From contig JBBRPR010000001.1 in the NCBI GenBank assembly GCA_038227875.1, positions 96,001-160,000 on the forward strand: DNA of 64,000 nucleotides, read 5' to 3'. The notes below the pieces were generated by a model, which saw only the letters and a list, made by a program, of their open reading frames with translations, ran no database searches and was not told the DNA's origin. Shown one piece after another: positions 8,605 to 17,882 of the stretch. A program made the position numbers and the translations under genes. Within the stretch, counting starts at the first letter, position 1. Each line of letters begins with the position of its first letter. Source of the stretch: Planctomycetota bacterium (lineage in GTDB: Bacteria; Planctomycetota; SZUA-567; H5-PLA8).

Positions 8605-9678
8605 ATGGCTCGAAATCCGTCGTACGATCCGTGGCGCATGCTGAAGTTGGGCGTGGCGATGCTGTTGTCCCTGGGCGCCGTCAGCACGGTCGTCTATTAT
8701 TTTCTCGGCTACTACTACTTTGGCAATTTTGAAAAGTGGCCGTTGATGGACTGTACGTTCATGGTCAGCATCACGCTGTCCACGATTGGCTTTGGCGACT
8801 GGCTGGAAATCAAAGGCAAGAAGCTGGCCGAAATCTACACCATGTTTCTGGCGCTGGCCGGAATCGGCGTGCCGGCGTTCATCATTTCGACCATTACGGC
8901 GCTGATCGTGGAAGGCGTTGTTGGCGATACTGTGCGGAGGCGGCGGATGCAGCAGGAAATCACTGCCATGAGCGGTCATGTGATCGTGTGTGGCGCGGGC
9001 GCGACGGGCAAGCATTGCATCGACGAGCTGCTGAAGATCGGCCACAAGTTTGTCGTGGTCGACGTCAATGCGCAGGCCTTGAAGGACATGCAGCATGAGC
9101 TGGGTGTGTTTCCCTACGTGGTCGGCCACGCGGACCGGGATGAAACGCTGCTGCTGGCCGGCATTGAACGCGCGTCGGGACTGGTCTCCTGCCTGCGCGA
9201 AGACAAGGACAACCTGTTCATTACGCTGACAGCGCGGGTGCTCAACCCGGAAGTCCGCATCGCCAGCAAAGGCGTCGACGACCATGTCCGCAAGAAGATG
9301 GTGATCGCCGGCGCGAATTCCGTGGTCAGTCCGACGGCCATCGGTGGATTGCGGTTGATCAGTGAATTGATCCGGCCGGCGACGGTCAGTTTTCTCGACA
9401 GCATGATGCGCGAGCGCACCACGACGCGCTTTGGCGAACTGGTGGTTGGAATGGCAAGCCCGCTGGTCGGCCGCACGCTGGCGGAAGCCGACCTGCGCCA
9501 CCGCGCCGACGTGCTGGTGGTCGCCGCGCGGCACCCGGGCGTGGAAAGTTTCATTTACAATCCCAAGGCGGATTTTCTGCTGGAAGCGAATTGCTGCGTG
9601 GTGGTGCTCGGGACCTCCTCCGAGATCGACAAACTCAAGCCGCTCTTCATGGCCAACAGTAAGGCCGGCGTGGCGTAG
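8605..9678 (+). CDS. 2-TM potassium channel with TrkA-N/TrkA-C (RCK) domains
   Basis: Pore motif ITLSTIGFGD, then GHVIVCGAGATG, DKDNLFITLTAR, GANSVVSP and a C-terminal RCK-C. Confidence 0.92.
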   Translation: MARNPSYDPWRMLKLGVAMLLSLGAVSTVVYYFLGYYYFGNFEKWPLMDCTFMVSITLSTIGFGDWLEIKGKKLAEIYTMFLALAGIGVPAFIISTITALIVEGVVGDTVRRRRMQQEITAMSGHVIVCGAGATGKHCIDELLKIGHKFVVVDVNAQALKDMQHELGVFPYVVGHADRDETLLLAGIERASGLVSCLREDKDNLFITLTARVLNPEVRIASKGVDDHVRKKMVIAGANSVVSPTAIGGLRLISELIRPATVSFLDSMMRERTTTRFGELVVGMASPLVGRTLAEADLRHRADVLVVAARHPGVESFIYNPKADFLLEANCCVVVLGTSSEIDKLKPLFMANSKAGVA

Positions 9679-9703
9679 AATTTGGAGTGCGTATCCTTCT
9701 GCC

Positions 9704-10573
9704 ATGCGCATCGCTCTGCTTATCGTCGCGCTGGCCGCATCCGCACCGCTGCTGTTCGCGGGTGATTCGCCCGAGCACGACCTGACGAAGGCCGACGTTC
9801 AAGAGCGTTTCGCGCGGACGCTTTCGGTGGATTTCAAAAAGCAGCCGCTCGACGCGGTCTTGTCGCTGTTCATGGAATTCACGAAGACCACGATCCTCAC
9901 GGACCCCGCGCTGGCGAAACAGAAATTGCCGCCGATTAATTTCAGCGCCACCGACGCGCCGATCCTCGAGTCGTTCACGAAAGCGCTGGATGCCACTGGC
10001 ACGGAGTGGGCCGTGCTCGACAACGCCGTCTTCGTTTTCAAGAAGGGCGACTATGGCGGCGATCCCGCGCGGCTGACGCGCCCGTTCTCCGACGCCGACG
10101 CGCAGGTCTTCGCGAAGGCCGTTGCCGATCTGCGCGACGGCGCGTTGGCGACGCGCGAAGATGCCTCGAAGACGCTCGCGCAATTCGGCCCGACCGCGCT
10201 GCCGTCGATCAAGACGGCGCTGGAGACCGAGAAGGATCCTGAAGCGATCGACCGCCTCAAGACGCTGCAGAAAATCGCCGGCGCCGCGACGTTTTTTCAA
10301 CCGCTCGCGCCGGGTGTGGCGCAGGAACTGGAGACGCGCACCGAGACGGTCAACGCGTGGTATTCCGACGGCGTCTCGCGCTGCGTGGAGACGCTCAACG
10401 AAACGCTGCGCGCGCGGGTCAAGCTGCAGGAATCGACGGCCGCCAACAGCGACATCAACCTGCGGATCATGCAGATGCCGGTGCGTTCCGTGCTGATCTG
10501 GGTGGCGCGGTACACGAGGATGCGGCTGACGGTTCAGAATGGGCGGTTGGTGATGGGGCCGAAGGAACAGTAG
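9704..10573 (+). CDS. Secreted STN-like/HEAT-like/STN-like protein, paralog 1
   Basis: Signal peptide MRIALLIVALAASAPLLFA; LSVDFKKQPLDAVL; REDASKTLAQFG...EKDPEAIDRL; aligns by eye with the next two CDS. Confidence 0.75.
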   Translation: MRIALLIVALAASAPLLFAGDSPEHDLTKADVQERFARTLSVDFKKQPLDAVLSLFMEFTKTTILTDPALAKQKLPPINFSATDAPILESFTKALDATGTEWAVLDNAVFVFKKGDYGGDPARLTRPFSDADAQVFAKAVADLRDGALATREDASKTLAQFGPTALPSIKTALETEKDPEAIDRLKTLQKIAGAATFFQPLAPGVAQELETRTETVNAWYSDGVSRCVETLNETLRARVKLQESTAANSDINLRIMQMPVRSVLIWVARYTRMRLTVQNGRLVMGPKEQ

Positions 10574-10644
10574 TTATTAATCAAATTCCGCGCAACACTT
10601 TCCAATAAATTCTCGTCATAACATCGGCACGTTTTGGAGCGCTG

Positions 10645-11520
10645 ATGAAAATCCGAACCAGTCTTGCCGTCGTACTGATTGCCACAGTTTTCTGCGCCAG
10701 ATACAGCTATAGCGCGGATGCGGCGTGGAAAGAAAAGATCGAGAGTGCACTGGAACGTCAGGTGACGTTCGACTTCTCAGACACATCCTTCGGCGAAGCA
10801 ATTTCGTTTTTTCAGCAGATTGCGAGAGTCAATCTTCTCGTCGATCCGGACATCGCGGAAAGCAGTCCGGCCAATATCACGATCAGCGGCAAAAGTGTAA
10901 CGCTCAGGAATGCCGTGGATAAAATCTGCGGGGAATTGAAGCTGGAATGGATCCTGGTCGACCAGGCGGTGTTCATCTTCCCAAAAGGAAAATACACGCA
11001 GAAGGCTGCGGCGCCCGCGACATGGTCTGATGAAGCCGCCGCGGCTCTGAAACAGGCACTGCCGGGGTTGAGCTCGCCGGAATTTGAAGTCCGCGAAAAA
11101 GCTTCAGCAAGCATCAAGGCGCTGGGTACGGGAGTAATTCCGCATCTTCAGCAGGCGTTGAAAACAGAGACCGACGCGGAAGCGCGTGAGCGCATGATGA
11201 CTATCATGAAGTCGTTCGAGACCGTATCGCTTTCAGAGTCCACGCCGGAGCTCGACAAGGCGCTCGAGAAGTACGGAAGGAAAGTCACCTTCGAATTTGT
11301 GGATACCCCGTTGGAAGATGCGGCCAATTTTATCAAGCAACTCACCAAGCTGCCGGTCACGTGCGACAAAGATGTGATGAAACGCCCGCTCACGCTGCGC
11401 GTGAGCGACATGGAAGTATCCGTGGCGCTGAAGTGGATCGCGCGACTGGGCCGCGCACGCCTTGTGCCCGACGGCGAGGGGATCAAGTTCACGGGTGCAG
11501 CGACGGGCGAAAAGAAGTAA
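10645..11520 (+). CDS. Secreted STN-like/HEAT-like/STN-like protein, paralog 2
   Basis: Signal peptide; VTFDFSDTSFGEAISFFQQIARVNLLVDP; LSSPEFEVREKAS; second VTFEFVDTPLEDAANFI...LTLRVSDMEVSVALKWI. Confidence 0.8.
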   Translation: MKIRTSLAVVLIATVFCARYSYSADAAWKEKIESALERQVTFDFSDTSFGEAISFFQQIARVNLLVDPDIAESSPANITISGKSVTLRNAVDKICGELKLEWILVDQAVFIFPKGKYTQKAAAPATWSDEAAAALKQALPGLSSPEFEVREKASASIKALGTGVIPHLQQALKTETDAEARERMMTIMKSFETVSLSESTPELDKALEKYGRKVTFEFVDTPLEDAANFIKQLTKLPVTCDKDVMKRPLTLRVSDMEVSVALKWIARLGRARLVPDGEGIKFTGAATGEKK

Positions 11521-11541
11521 GCTGTTCCCGGTGCGTCCGGG

Positions 11542-12459
11542 ATGAATGTGATGAAAGCAGCCGTACGACTTTGCGGACTGGTGCTCGTCTGCGGGATGGT
11601 ATTCGCCGAAGAGCCCGTGGACGTTCCAGTTCACCAATTCCATCCGAAGCCGACGGTTCTAAAGAAAATTCTCGATCATAAAATCTCCACCGAATACAAC
11701 AGCAAGACCCTCGATGAAGCGATTCAAAGTATTCGGGACGAGACCGGCGCGAGCATCATTGTCGATTCGTATGCCCGACTACTGCTGCTCCTTGCATTGG
11801 ATAACGACGCCCCGACCTTTGCCGCGCAACGCGGCGAATCGGTTCAGCAAGTCCTGGAAGAAATGGGTTTGGAATGCCGCTATATCGACTCAGCCGTCCT
11901 CTTGTATTCGAAGCAACAACTCAAGACGAGGCCGAGCCCCGGCATTGCGCCTCCCGCGCTTACTGGCGATGCGCTGAAGTCGTTTGCGGCGGCGCTGCAA
12001 AATCTGAAGTCCGCAGACTTCGACGAGCGCGAAAAGGGCTCGCGCAGCATCGAAGCGCTGGGAGAGGCGGCGGCCACGTCCATTCAGGATGCGCTGAAAT
12101 CTGAAGCCGATCCCGAAGCTCGACAGCGCCTCGAAGGTCTGCTGGCTTTGTACGCGCGCGAAACATTCGATGACATCGCCCCGGAAACGGCGCTTCAATT
12201 GGAGAAGCTCACGTCCAAGATAACCATTGATATCGTCGACGCGGCTTTGGACGACGCGGAGACACTTCGCCAGATCAAGCTACCCATTACGTGGGACTTG
12301 GCAGAGACGAATACGCCTCAGCGCAAATTGACATTTCATGTCCGCGAGATGCCGGCTGGCGATGCGATCCGCTGGCTGGCGCGCGAATCCGGAACGCAGA
12401 TCGTACCGACAACGGGCGGATTCAAGCTCGTCGCGAGACAAACGGTCGAGAAGAAATAG
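11542..12459 (+). CDS. Secreted STN-like/HEAT-like/STN-like protein, paralog 3
   Basis: Signal peptide; LDHKISTEYNSKTLDEAI; LKSADFDEREKGS...EADPEARQRL; LTFHVREMPAGDAIRWL. Confidence 0.75.
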   Translation: MNVMKAAVRLCGLVLVCGMVFAEEPVDVPVHQFHPKPTVLKKILDHKISTEYNSKTLDEAIQSIRDETGASIIVDSYARLLLLLALDNDAPTFAAQRGESVQQVLEEMGLECRYIDSAVLLYSKQQLKTRPSPGIAPPALTGDALKSFAAALQNLKSADFDEREKGSRSIEALGEAAATSIQDALKSEADPEARQRLEGLLALYARETFDDIAPETALQLEKLTSKITIDIVDAALDDAETLRQIKLPITWDLAETNTPQRKLTFHVREMPAGDAIRWLARESGTQIVPTTGGFKLVARQTVEKK

Positions 12460-12592
12460 CGCCGCCCCCAACTGTTCAACTTGTTATAAAAAAGTTGCAC
12501 GCACCTTGTGATAAGCGACTATCGCTGCCACGCGGTGGTGTAGTATCAATTGCAACTCGCCCCGATTCACGACACTTTCTCGAGGGAAATTC

Positions 12593-15457
12593 ATGCGCCA
12601 GTCCATGGTTACTGTCTTCGTTTGTAGCATGCTCGCGTCCACAGTGCTCGCCGTCCACGCCGAAACCATCCAGTGCCCGGACACGCGGGACACGTGGGTT
12701 TCGTCGTGCGACAAAGAAGGCGAAACGAACATGGGCAAGGCGCCCAAGATCAAGTTGAAGGGCTATCAGGAATTCGGCCTGCTCGACTTCGACGTCACCG
12801 CGCTGAAGGGAAAGAAGATCGTCTCGGCGACGCTCTGCGTCACGCCGGTCGGCGAAGCGAAGTACGGCAAGGAACGCGGCAGCGAACTGCGCTGGTTCAC
12901 GGTGACCACTGTCGGCAGCGATTGGAAGGAAGGCGATGGCACCAACTACACGATCGATGGCGACGGCGAAGGCGCGACATTCAACGAAGCCTCGTTTGGC
13001 AAGCAGGCGTGGTCGTATCCCGGATCGAAACTGTGGGACGTGACGCTGGGCAACGGCAACACGATCCGCACCGATGTCGACGGCGGCAGCCCGAAAGACG
13101 GCGTATTTGAAATTCCCGTCGACAAGCGCATCGTTGCGGCGCTGGTCGATAAATCGTCCTACGGCATTCTGTTGATGGACGGCAGCGTCTTCACCGCCAG
13201 CAACCCGTTCATCTCCTCCCGCGAAGGCGCGAAGGCGCCGTACTTGAAGGTGGAAGTCGAAGCGGCGCAGACCGGCGCGCCGAAAGCGCCGACGAATCTC
13301 ACCGCCGTTCCCGCGCCCAACGAAGCGGCGATGGATTCCGGCGCGCTGATGCTGTCATTGACCGTGCCGGAGAACGCGTTCGCCTACGACATTGCCGTCG
13401 ATGGCAAAGCCGTGCAGCGCTGGCAGATTCCTTTCGCCGCGGCCGCGGGGAGCAAACAGAGTTTTCCGATCCTGTACCTGGCGCCGAACGCGGACGTGAA
13501 AATCGATCTCGTCGCTCTGGATGCGGCGGGAAACAAATCCGAAGCGGCGAGCGTGACGGCGAAGACGAGCCCGGCGATCACGGTGCCCAAGCTGCCCACG
13601 TCCGGCTGGCTGCCGAAAGGCGGCGACGTTCCGGCGCTCGGCGACAAAATGCAGGTCTGGGCGTTTCCAGAAATCTCGAAGCTCGATCCCGTCGGCGGCG
13701 ACATCGTTCAAGAAAAGAGCATGGAGAACGCCCGGTTCCGCAACAGCGTCTGGGACGCTGGTGCGAAGACCATCCGCCTCGCCGTTGCGCGCGGTGAGAT
13801 TGCAGCGTTCCAGCTGGCGCTCGTCTCGCCGAATGGGCAGCCGCTCAAGGCGTCAGTGAAGTTCGACGGACTTGACGGCATCAAAGTCAACGCTACGCGG
13901 ACGTGGTTTGTGAACGTCAAGGACCAGTGGCAGGCCGATTACATCATTCCCATGGCGGCGGACGGCGCGGTTACCATTCCCGCTCCGGACAACAAGATTC
14001 CCAATCAGAAAGCCGCGGCAGTGAATGTCGACTTGATCATTCCGGCCAACGCGGCGGTTGGGGAGAAGAGCGGCACTGTTACAGTTTCCGCCGGCGAGAT
14101 GGGCGAAGTGAAGTTGACGCTGCAGCTCATTGTTTTCGACGCCGTGATTCCCGCCGAAACGAACATGATTCCCGAGCTGAACGTTTATGGTGGTCCGTTT
14201 GGTGCGGCCGGCTCGCCGATCTTCTTCGACGCGTTCCGGATCGCGCACTACTACCGCTGCACGATCAACCGCGTGCCGCACCATCACAACGGCGCCACCG
14301 ACGCCGACTGGATTCCGAAAACCGGTCCCGACGGCCACGTCACCGACTGGACGGAGTACGACAAAAATCTCGGCCCGTTGCTGGATGGCTCCGCCTTCAA
14401 AGACAACCCGCGCGCCGGTGTGCCGGTGCCGCTGCTCTACCTGCCGTTCAACGAATCGTATCCGCTGCCGGTGAAGGAGCACTACAACCCCGGCAAGGGC
14501 GTGCCGCTGGCGGGCAAGGACTGGAAGGAACTCCACGACATGCTCGCCGTGCCGCCGGAGCAGGCGTTCGATCAGGTTTACAAGGACGCGTTCGCCAACG
14601 GCGTCGCCGACTTCATGAAGCACTACGAAGAGAAAGGCTGGACGAAGACGATCGCCGAAGGATTCAACAACAATAAATTTCAATACGGCAAAGTGAAGAT
14701 CGACGTGAACGGCAAGCAGGAGCAGGTGCCCGGCATGACCGGCACGGCGTGGACGCTGGACGAGCCGCAACAGTGGCTGGACTGGCAGGCGCTGCTCTTC
14801 TACAGCAAGCTCTTTCACAAGGGGATCGAAGGGCAGAAGAACACGAAATTCGGCTTCCGCTCCGACGTCAGCCGGCCGATGTGGCAGGGCAACTGCATGG
14901 ACGGCTACATGGAAGTGATGGTCTCCGGCGGCGCGCAGTTCTCGATGCTGCCGCTGATGAAAAACCTGGTCCGCCGCACCGGCATGAAGATTTTCAACTA
15001 CTCCGGCTGCAACAACCAGGACCGTGCCAATCACAACACCACCGCGTGGGTCCTGAAAAGCTACGCCAACGGCTGCGAAGGCGTGCTGCCGTGGCAGAGC
15101 ATCGGCGGCGAAGAGGCGCTGGAGAAGGGCGATTTCATCGGCGCCAAAGGTGCGGCCGACAACGGCAACATGCTGATCATCAACACGCCGCGTTTCGGCA
15201 CGACGGTGATCGCGTCCGCCCGCCTGCAGGCCTTCCGCAGCGCCTGTCAGATCTGTGAGCTGCTCCGGCTGCTGGAACAGAAAAAAGGCTGGTCCCGCGA
15301 TCACAGCGCCGCCCTGGTCTCACAACTGGTGCCGCTGGGCGCGCAGTTCAAGCAGTCCTTCGCCGACGACGCCGCCGCACTGAAATTCGACGACCTCAAC
15401 GGCGATGTCTTTGTGCAGCTTAAAGAAGGGATTTTGAAGCTGCTGGCGGAGAAGTGA
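12593..15457 (+). CDS. Large secreted protein: DNRLRE/CBM96-like N-domain, FN3-like segment, GH123/DUF4091-like catalytic region
   Basis: Signal peptide; DTWVSS...LLDFDVTALKGKKIVSATL; APKAPTNLTA...ALDAAGNKS; ARGEIAAFQL; WTLDEP; SARLQAFR. Confidence 0.6.
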   Translation: MRQSMVTVFVCSMLASTVLAVHAETIQCPDTRDTWVSSCDKEGETNMGKAPKIKLKGYQEFGLLDFDVTALKGKKIVSATLCVTPVGEAKYGKERGSELRWFTVTTVGSDWKEGDGTNYTIDGDGEGATFNEASFGKQAWSYPGSKLWDVTLGNGNTIRTDVDGGSPKDGVFEIPVDKRIVAALVDKSSYGILLMDGSVFTASNPFISSREGAKAPYLKVEVEAAQTGAPKAPTNLTAVPAPNEAAMDSGALMLSLTVPENAFAYDIAVDGKAVQRWQIPFAAAAGSKQSFPILYLAPNADVKIDLVALDAAGNKSEAASVTAKTSPAITVPKLPTSGWLPKGGDVPALGDKMQVWAFPEISKLDPVGGDIVQEKSMENARFRNSVWDAGAKTIRLAVARGEIAAFQLALVSPNGQPLKASVKFDGLDGIKVNATRTWFVNVKDQWQADYIIPMAADGAVTIPAPDNKIPNQKAAAVNVDLIIPANAAVGEKSGTVTVSAGEMGEVKLTLQLIVFDAVIPAETNMIPELNVYGGPFGAAGSPIFFDAFRIAHYYRCTINRVPHHHNGATDADWIPKTGPDGHVTDWTEYDKNLGPLLDGSAFKDNPRAGVPVPLLYLPFNESYPLPVKEHYNPGKGVPLAGKDWKELHDMLAVPPEQAFDQVYKDAFANGVADFMKHYEEKGWTKTIAEGFNNNKFQYGKVKIDVNGKQEQVPGMTGTAWTLDEPQQWLDWQALLFYSKLFHKGIEGQKNTKFGFRSDVSRPMWQGNCMDGYMEVMVSGGAQFSMLPLMKNLVRRTGMKIFNYSGCNNQDRANHNTTAWVLKSYANGCEGVLPWQSIGGEEALEKGDFIGAKGAADNGNMLIINTPRFGTTVIASARLQAFRSACQICELLRLLEQKKGWSRDHSAALVSQLVPLGAQFKQSFADDAAALKFDDLNGDVFVQLKEGILKLLAEK

Positions 15458-15488
15458 CGGGCGGCCAGTGAGTCACGCTGAACTTCAC

Positions 15489-16130
15489 TCACCGAGAAGG
15501 TGGAGCGGAAGGATTCGCGCGCCGCTCGCGGTCAATTGCGATCACGGGCAATGTTGCGGTGGCCACATGCGCGAGGATAATGGGCATCATCCAAAGTGCG
15601 TTGCGATGTGCATCGTTAGATAGAGTTTTGGCCTGACCGTAAATCATTCCCATCAACATTAATTCGCCCACCATGCCGAGGAAAACGGCGCGTAAAACCG
15701 ACGTGCGGCTTCCATACATTCTGTGCAGACCCAAGCCGATCAAGACTCCCGCGGTTGCGCTGGAGAAAAAATAAGAAGCCATCGAATCGTGTGAGATTAG
15801 TTCCCCCACTCCGGGAAAAACCGCCAGAAACATATCTGCACAGGTCGTCGCTGTGGTCCAGAATAATGTCCAAACGATGAGCGAATTTTTGCGCGTACTC
15901 ATCCATGCGCCACTACAGAGCAACACATTGCAGCCAAAATCGAGCGCAATGGCGACAGGCATACTTTCCCCGGTATTTGTTGTGGAGACCCACTGCCAAA
16001 AAACAGTCATCCCGCCTGCAAGCGCGCCCGTCATTAACCCGCACGCAATCGGAGTCGAAAACAACTTCGCCATTCGCACCACCATGGTTGACCATTCAGG
16101 CCAGTTGGCCTGAAGGTTGTCGATATTCAA
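15489..16130 (-). CDS. Hypothetical multi-pass membrane protein (lower GC)
   Basis: 213-aa ORF with about six hydrophobic segments; no recognised motif. Confidence 0.55.
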   Translation of the reverse strand: MNIDNLQANWPEWSTMVVRMAKLFSTPIACGLMTGALAGGMTVFWQWVSTTNTGESMPVAIALDFGCNVLLCSGAWMSTRKNSLIVWTLFWTTATTCADMFLAVFPGVGELISHDSMASYFFSSATAGVLIGLGLHRMYGSRTSVLRAVFLGMVGELMLMGMIYGQAKTLSNDAHRNALWMMPIILAHVATATLPVIAIDRERRANPSAPPSR

Positions 16131-16212
16131 TATCGCTGCGCGCGGAACTCAAGGTGCGTAAGGGATATTTTTCAACAAGCAAGCGGCCGATCGTAGAACA
16201 ATAGAGGGACAT

Positions 16213-16875
16213 CTAGTCTTTCCACTGTGACCGTGGTTTGAGCCATTTGAATTCGATATCCTTTTCAGGAAGTTCTAAATCAGTCCTCAGAATATTGCGA
16301 AGAGTTCTATCGGAAAGAAGGCTGCCCCAACCTTCTCTTTCTTTGCAATTAATATAGGGAGCTGATTGAACTTTCTTCAAACGGTTAATCCATTGTTTGG
16401 GGAGGTACGGTGTGAAGCAATGACACCAGAGGGCGAGCCAAGTTCGTGTTTCATCTTCTCCGTGACAATACCGGGCGAAATCGAGCGCGTGCCGATATAG
16501 AGCGCTGATAAAATTGGGAGCGTAGACATATGCTATTTCACAGTCATTAGGCAGATACACAACCGACACCCCAGATTTGTCTTTGCGCTTTGGATCCCAA
16601 CTCCACTTTGCTCCTCCGCCGTCATGCGCAAACGGAACGAATCTATCCATGGCATATTTGGGGTGAGTGAAGGCCTCGATTTCGGGGAGCTGTAGCCATT
16701 CCATCTCAGAAAACCAAAGGTAAAACATGGGAGATTCTGAGCTGACATTTCGAAAGGGGCGCTTTGCCTCTGACCACTGCAACCATCCCCTGTTCATCAA
16801 ATCGACATAAGCGTCGGGAAGTTCCATGCCGTAACGTTCTTCAATTTTCCGAACAAGAGCCTGGATTTTTGCCAT
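16213..16875 (-). CDS. SMI1/KNR4 (SUKH) family immunity-like protein
   Basis: IEERYGMELPDAYVDL, FVPFAHDGGGAKWSWD and YAPNFISAL fit the SUKH pattern; AT-richer than neighbours. Confidence 0.7.
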   Translation of the reverse strand: MAKIQALVRKIEERYGMELPDAYVDLMNRGWLQWSEAKRPFRNVSSESPMFYLWFSEMEWLQLPEIEAFTHPKYAMDRFVPFAHDGGGAKWSWDPKRKDKSGVSVVYLPNDCEIAYVYAPNFISALYRHALDFARYCHGEDETRTWLALWCHCFTPYLPKQWINRLKKVQSAPYINCKEREGWGSLLSDRTLRNILRTDLELPEKDIEFKWLKPRSQWKD

Positions 16876-16886
16876 TTCAATATTCT

Positions 16887-17144
16887 TCACTCCACCTTCG
16901 CCGGCACCACGCCCTTCCCGCAGCGCGGACACGTCGTTTCCGTCTTCGGAATAAACTCCATGCATGTCGGACACGGGTGCGTGCGGTTGCGGGCGATGAA
17001 GCGGATGCTGTAGGCGAAACCGATCAGGCCGATGACCAGCACGCCCAGCACGGACGTGATGATCGTCAGCATCAGGCGGACGCTCTCTTCGTCCTCGGGC
17101 GTCAGCGTGTTCGACGCGGCGAGCAGTAGATTCAAGAACGCCAT
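16887..17144 (-). CDS. Small single-TM protein with C-terminal zinc ribbon
   Basis: Hydrophobic helix followed by CPTC-x10-CPRC. Confidence 0.7.
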   Translation of the reverse strand: MAFLNLLLAASNTLTPEDEESVRLMLTIITSVLGVLVIGLIGFAYSIRFIARNRTHPCPTCMEFIPKTETTCPRCGKGVVPAKVE

Positions 17145-17163
17145 GTCTGAACCTCGGTTCCGA

Positions 17164-17733
17164 TCAATCCGCGCCGGTGCGGTTATAGAAATGGGCCATC
17201 ACTTCGTCGCGCGCGGCGTGGTCGGTGACGAAATGGCCGCGGATCGCGCTGGTGATCATCGAACTGCCGGGCTTCTTGATGCCGCGCATGGTCATGCAGG
17301 AATGGGACGCCTCCAGCAGCACCGCCACGCCCCGCGCGTGAAGTTTGTTAAACAACGTGTCGGCGATCTGGCACGTCAGCCGCTCCTGGACCTGCAGCCG
17401 CCGCGCAAAACCATCGACCAGCCGCGCCAGCTTGCTCAAGCCCACGATCTTTCCGTTGGGCAGATAGGCGACGTGAGCTTTGCCATGGAACGGCAGCATG
17501 TGATGCTCGCACATCGAATAAAAGGGGATGTTCTTCAACACCACGACTTCGTTGTAGCTTTCATCGAAGGTGGTCTCCAAATGGATGCCGGGATCCTCGT
17601 TCATCCCGCCGAGAATCTCGTCGTACATGCGCGCCACGCGCGAGGGCGTCTCCAGCAGACCCTGGCGGTCGGGGTTCTCCCCGATTCCAATTAAAATCTC
17701 CCGTACGGCCTTGGCGATGCGATCGTGATCCAT
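17164..17733 (-). CDS. folE: GTP cyclohydrolase I
   Basis: [36 protein letters not shown] and HSCMTMRG. Confidence 0.97.
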   Translation of the reverse strand: MDHDRIAKAVREILIGIGENPDRQGLLETPSRVARMYDEILGGMNEDPGIHLETTFDESYNEVVVLKNIPFYSMCEHHMLPFHGKAHVAYLPNGKIVGLSKLARLVDGFARRLQVQERLTCQIADTLFNKLHARGVAVLLEASHSCMTMRGIKKPGSSMITSAIRGHFVTDHAARDEVMAHFYNRTGAD

Positions 17734-17882
17734 CTCTTTGGTCCGTCCTTTCACTACGCGCTACGGTCAGTTCCAGTTTGGTCCTGAGAACTCTAACGAC
17801 GAATTATGAGTGATGAACGATGAATCCGGGACGGCGGGCAGCGCGATATTCCACTCCGTATCCGTCACTCTTAATCCATCCT

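Noticed and set aside
9431..9703. N-terminal extension of paralog 1 overlapping the K+ channel
   Set aside because: The signal peptide begins at ATG 9704, preceded by a GGAG; the upstream part is an alternate frame of the channel gene.
12478..12500. CAACTT-N8-AAGTTG inverted repeat loosely similar to 41286-41303
   Set aside because: Too short and degenerate to distinguish from chance.
16876..16974. Longer start for the SUKH gene
   Set aside because: It overlaps the zinc-ribbon gene; ATG 16875 fits better.
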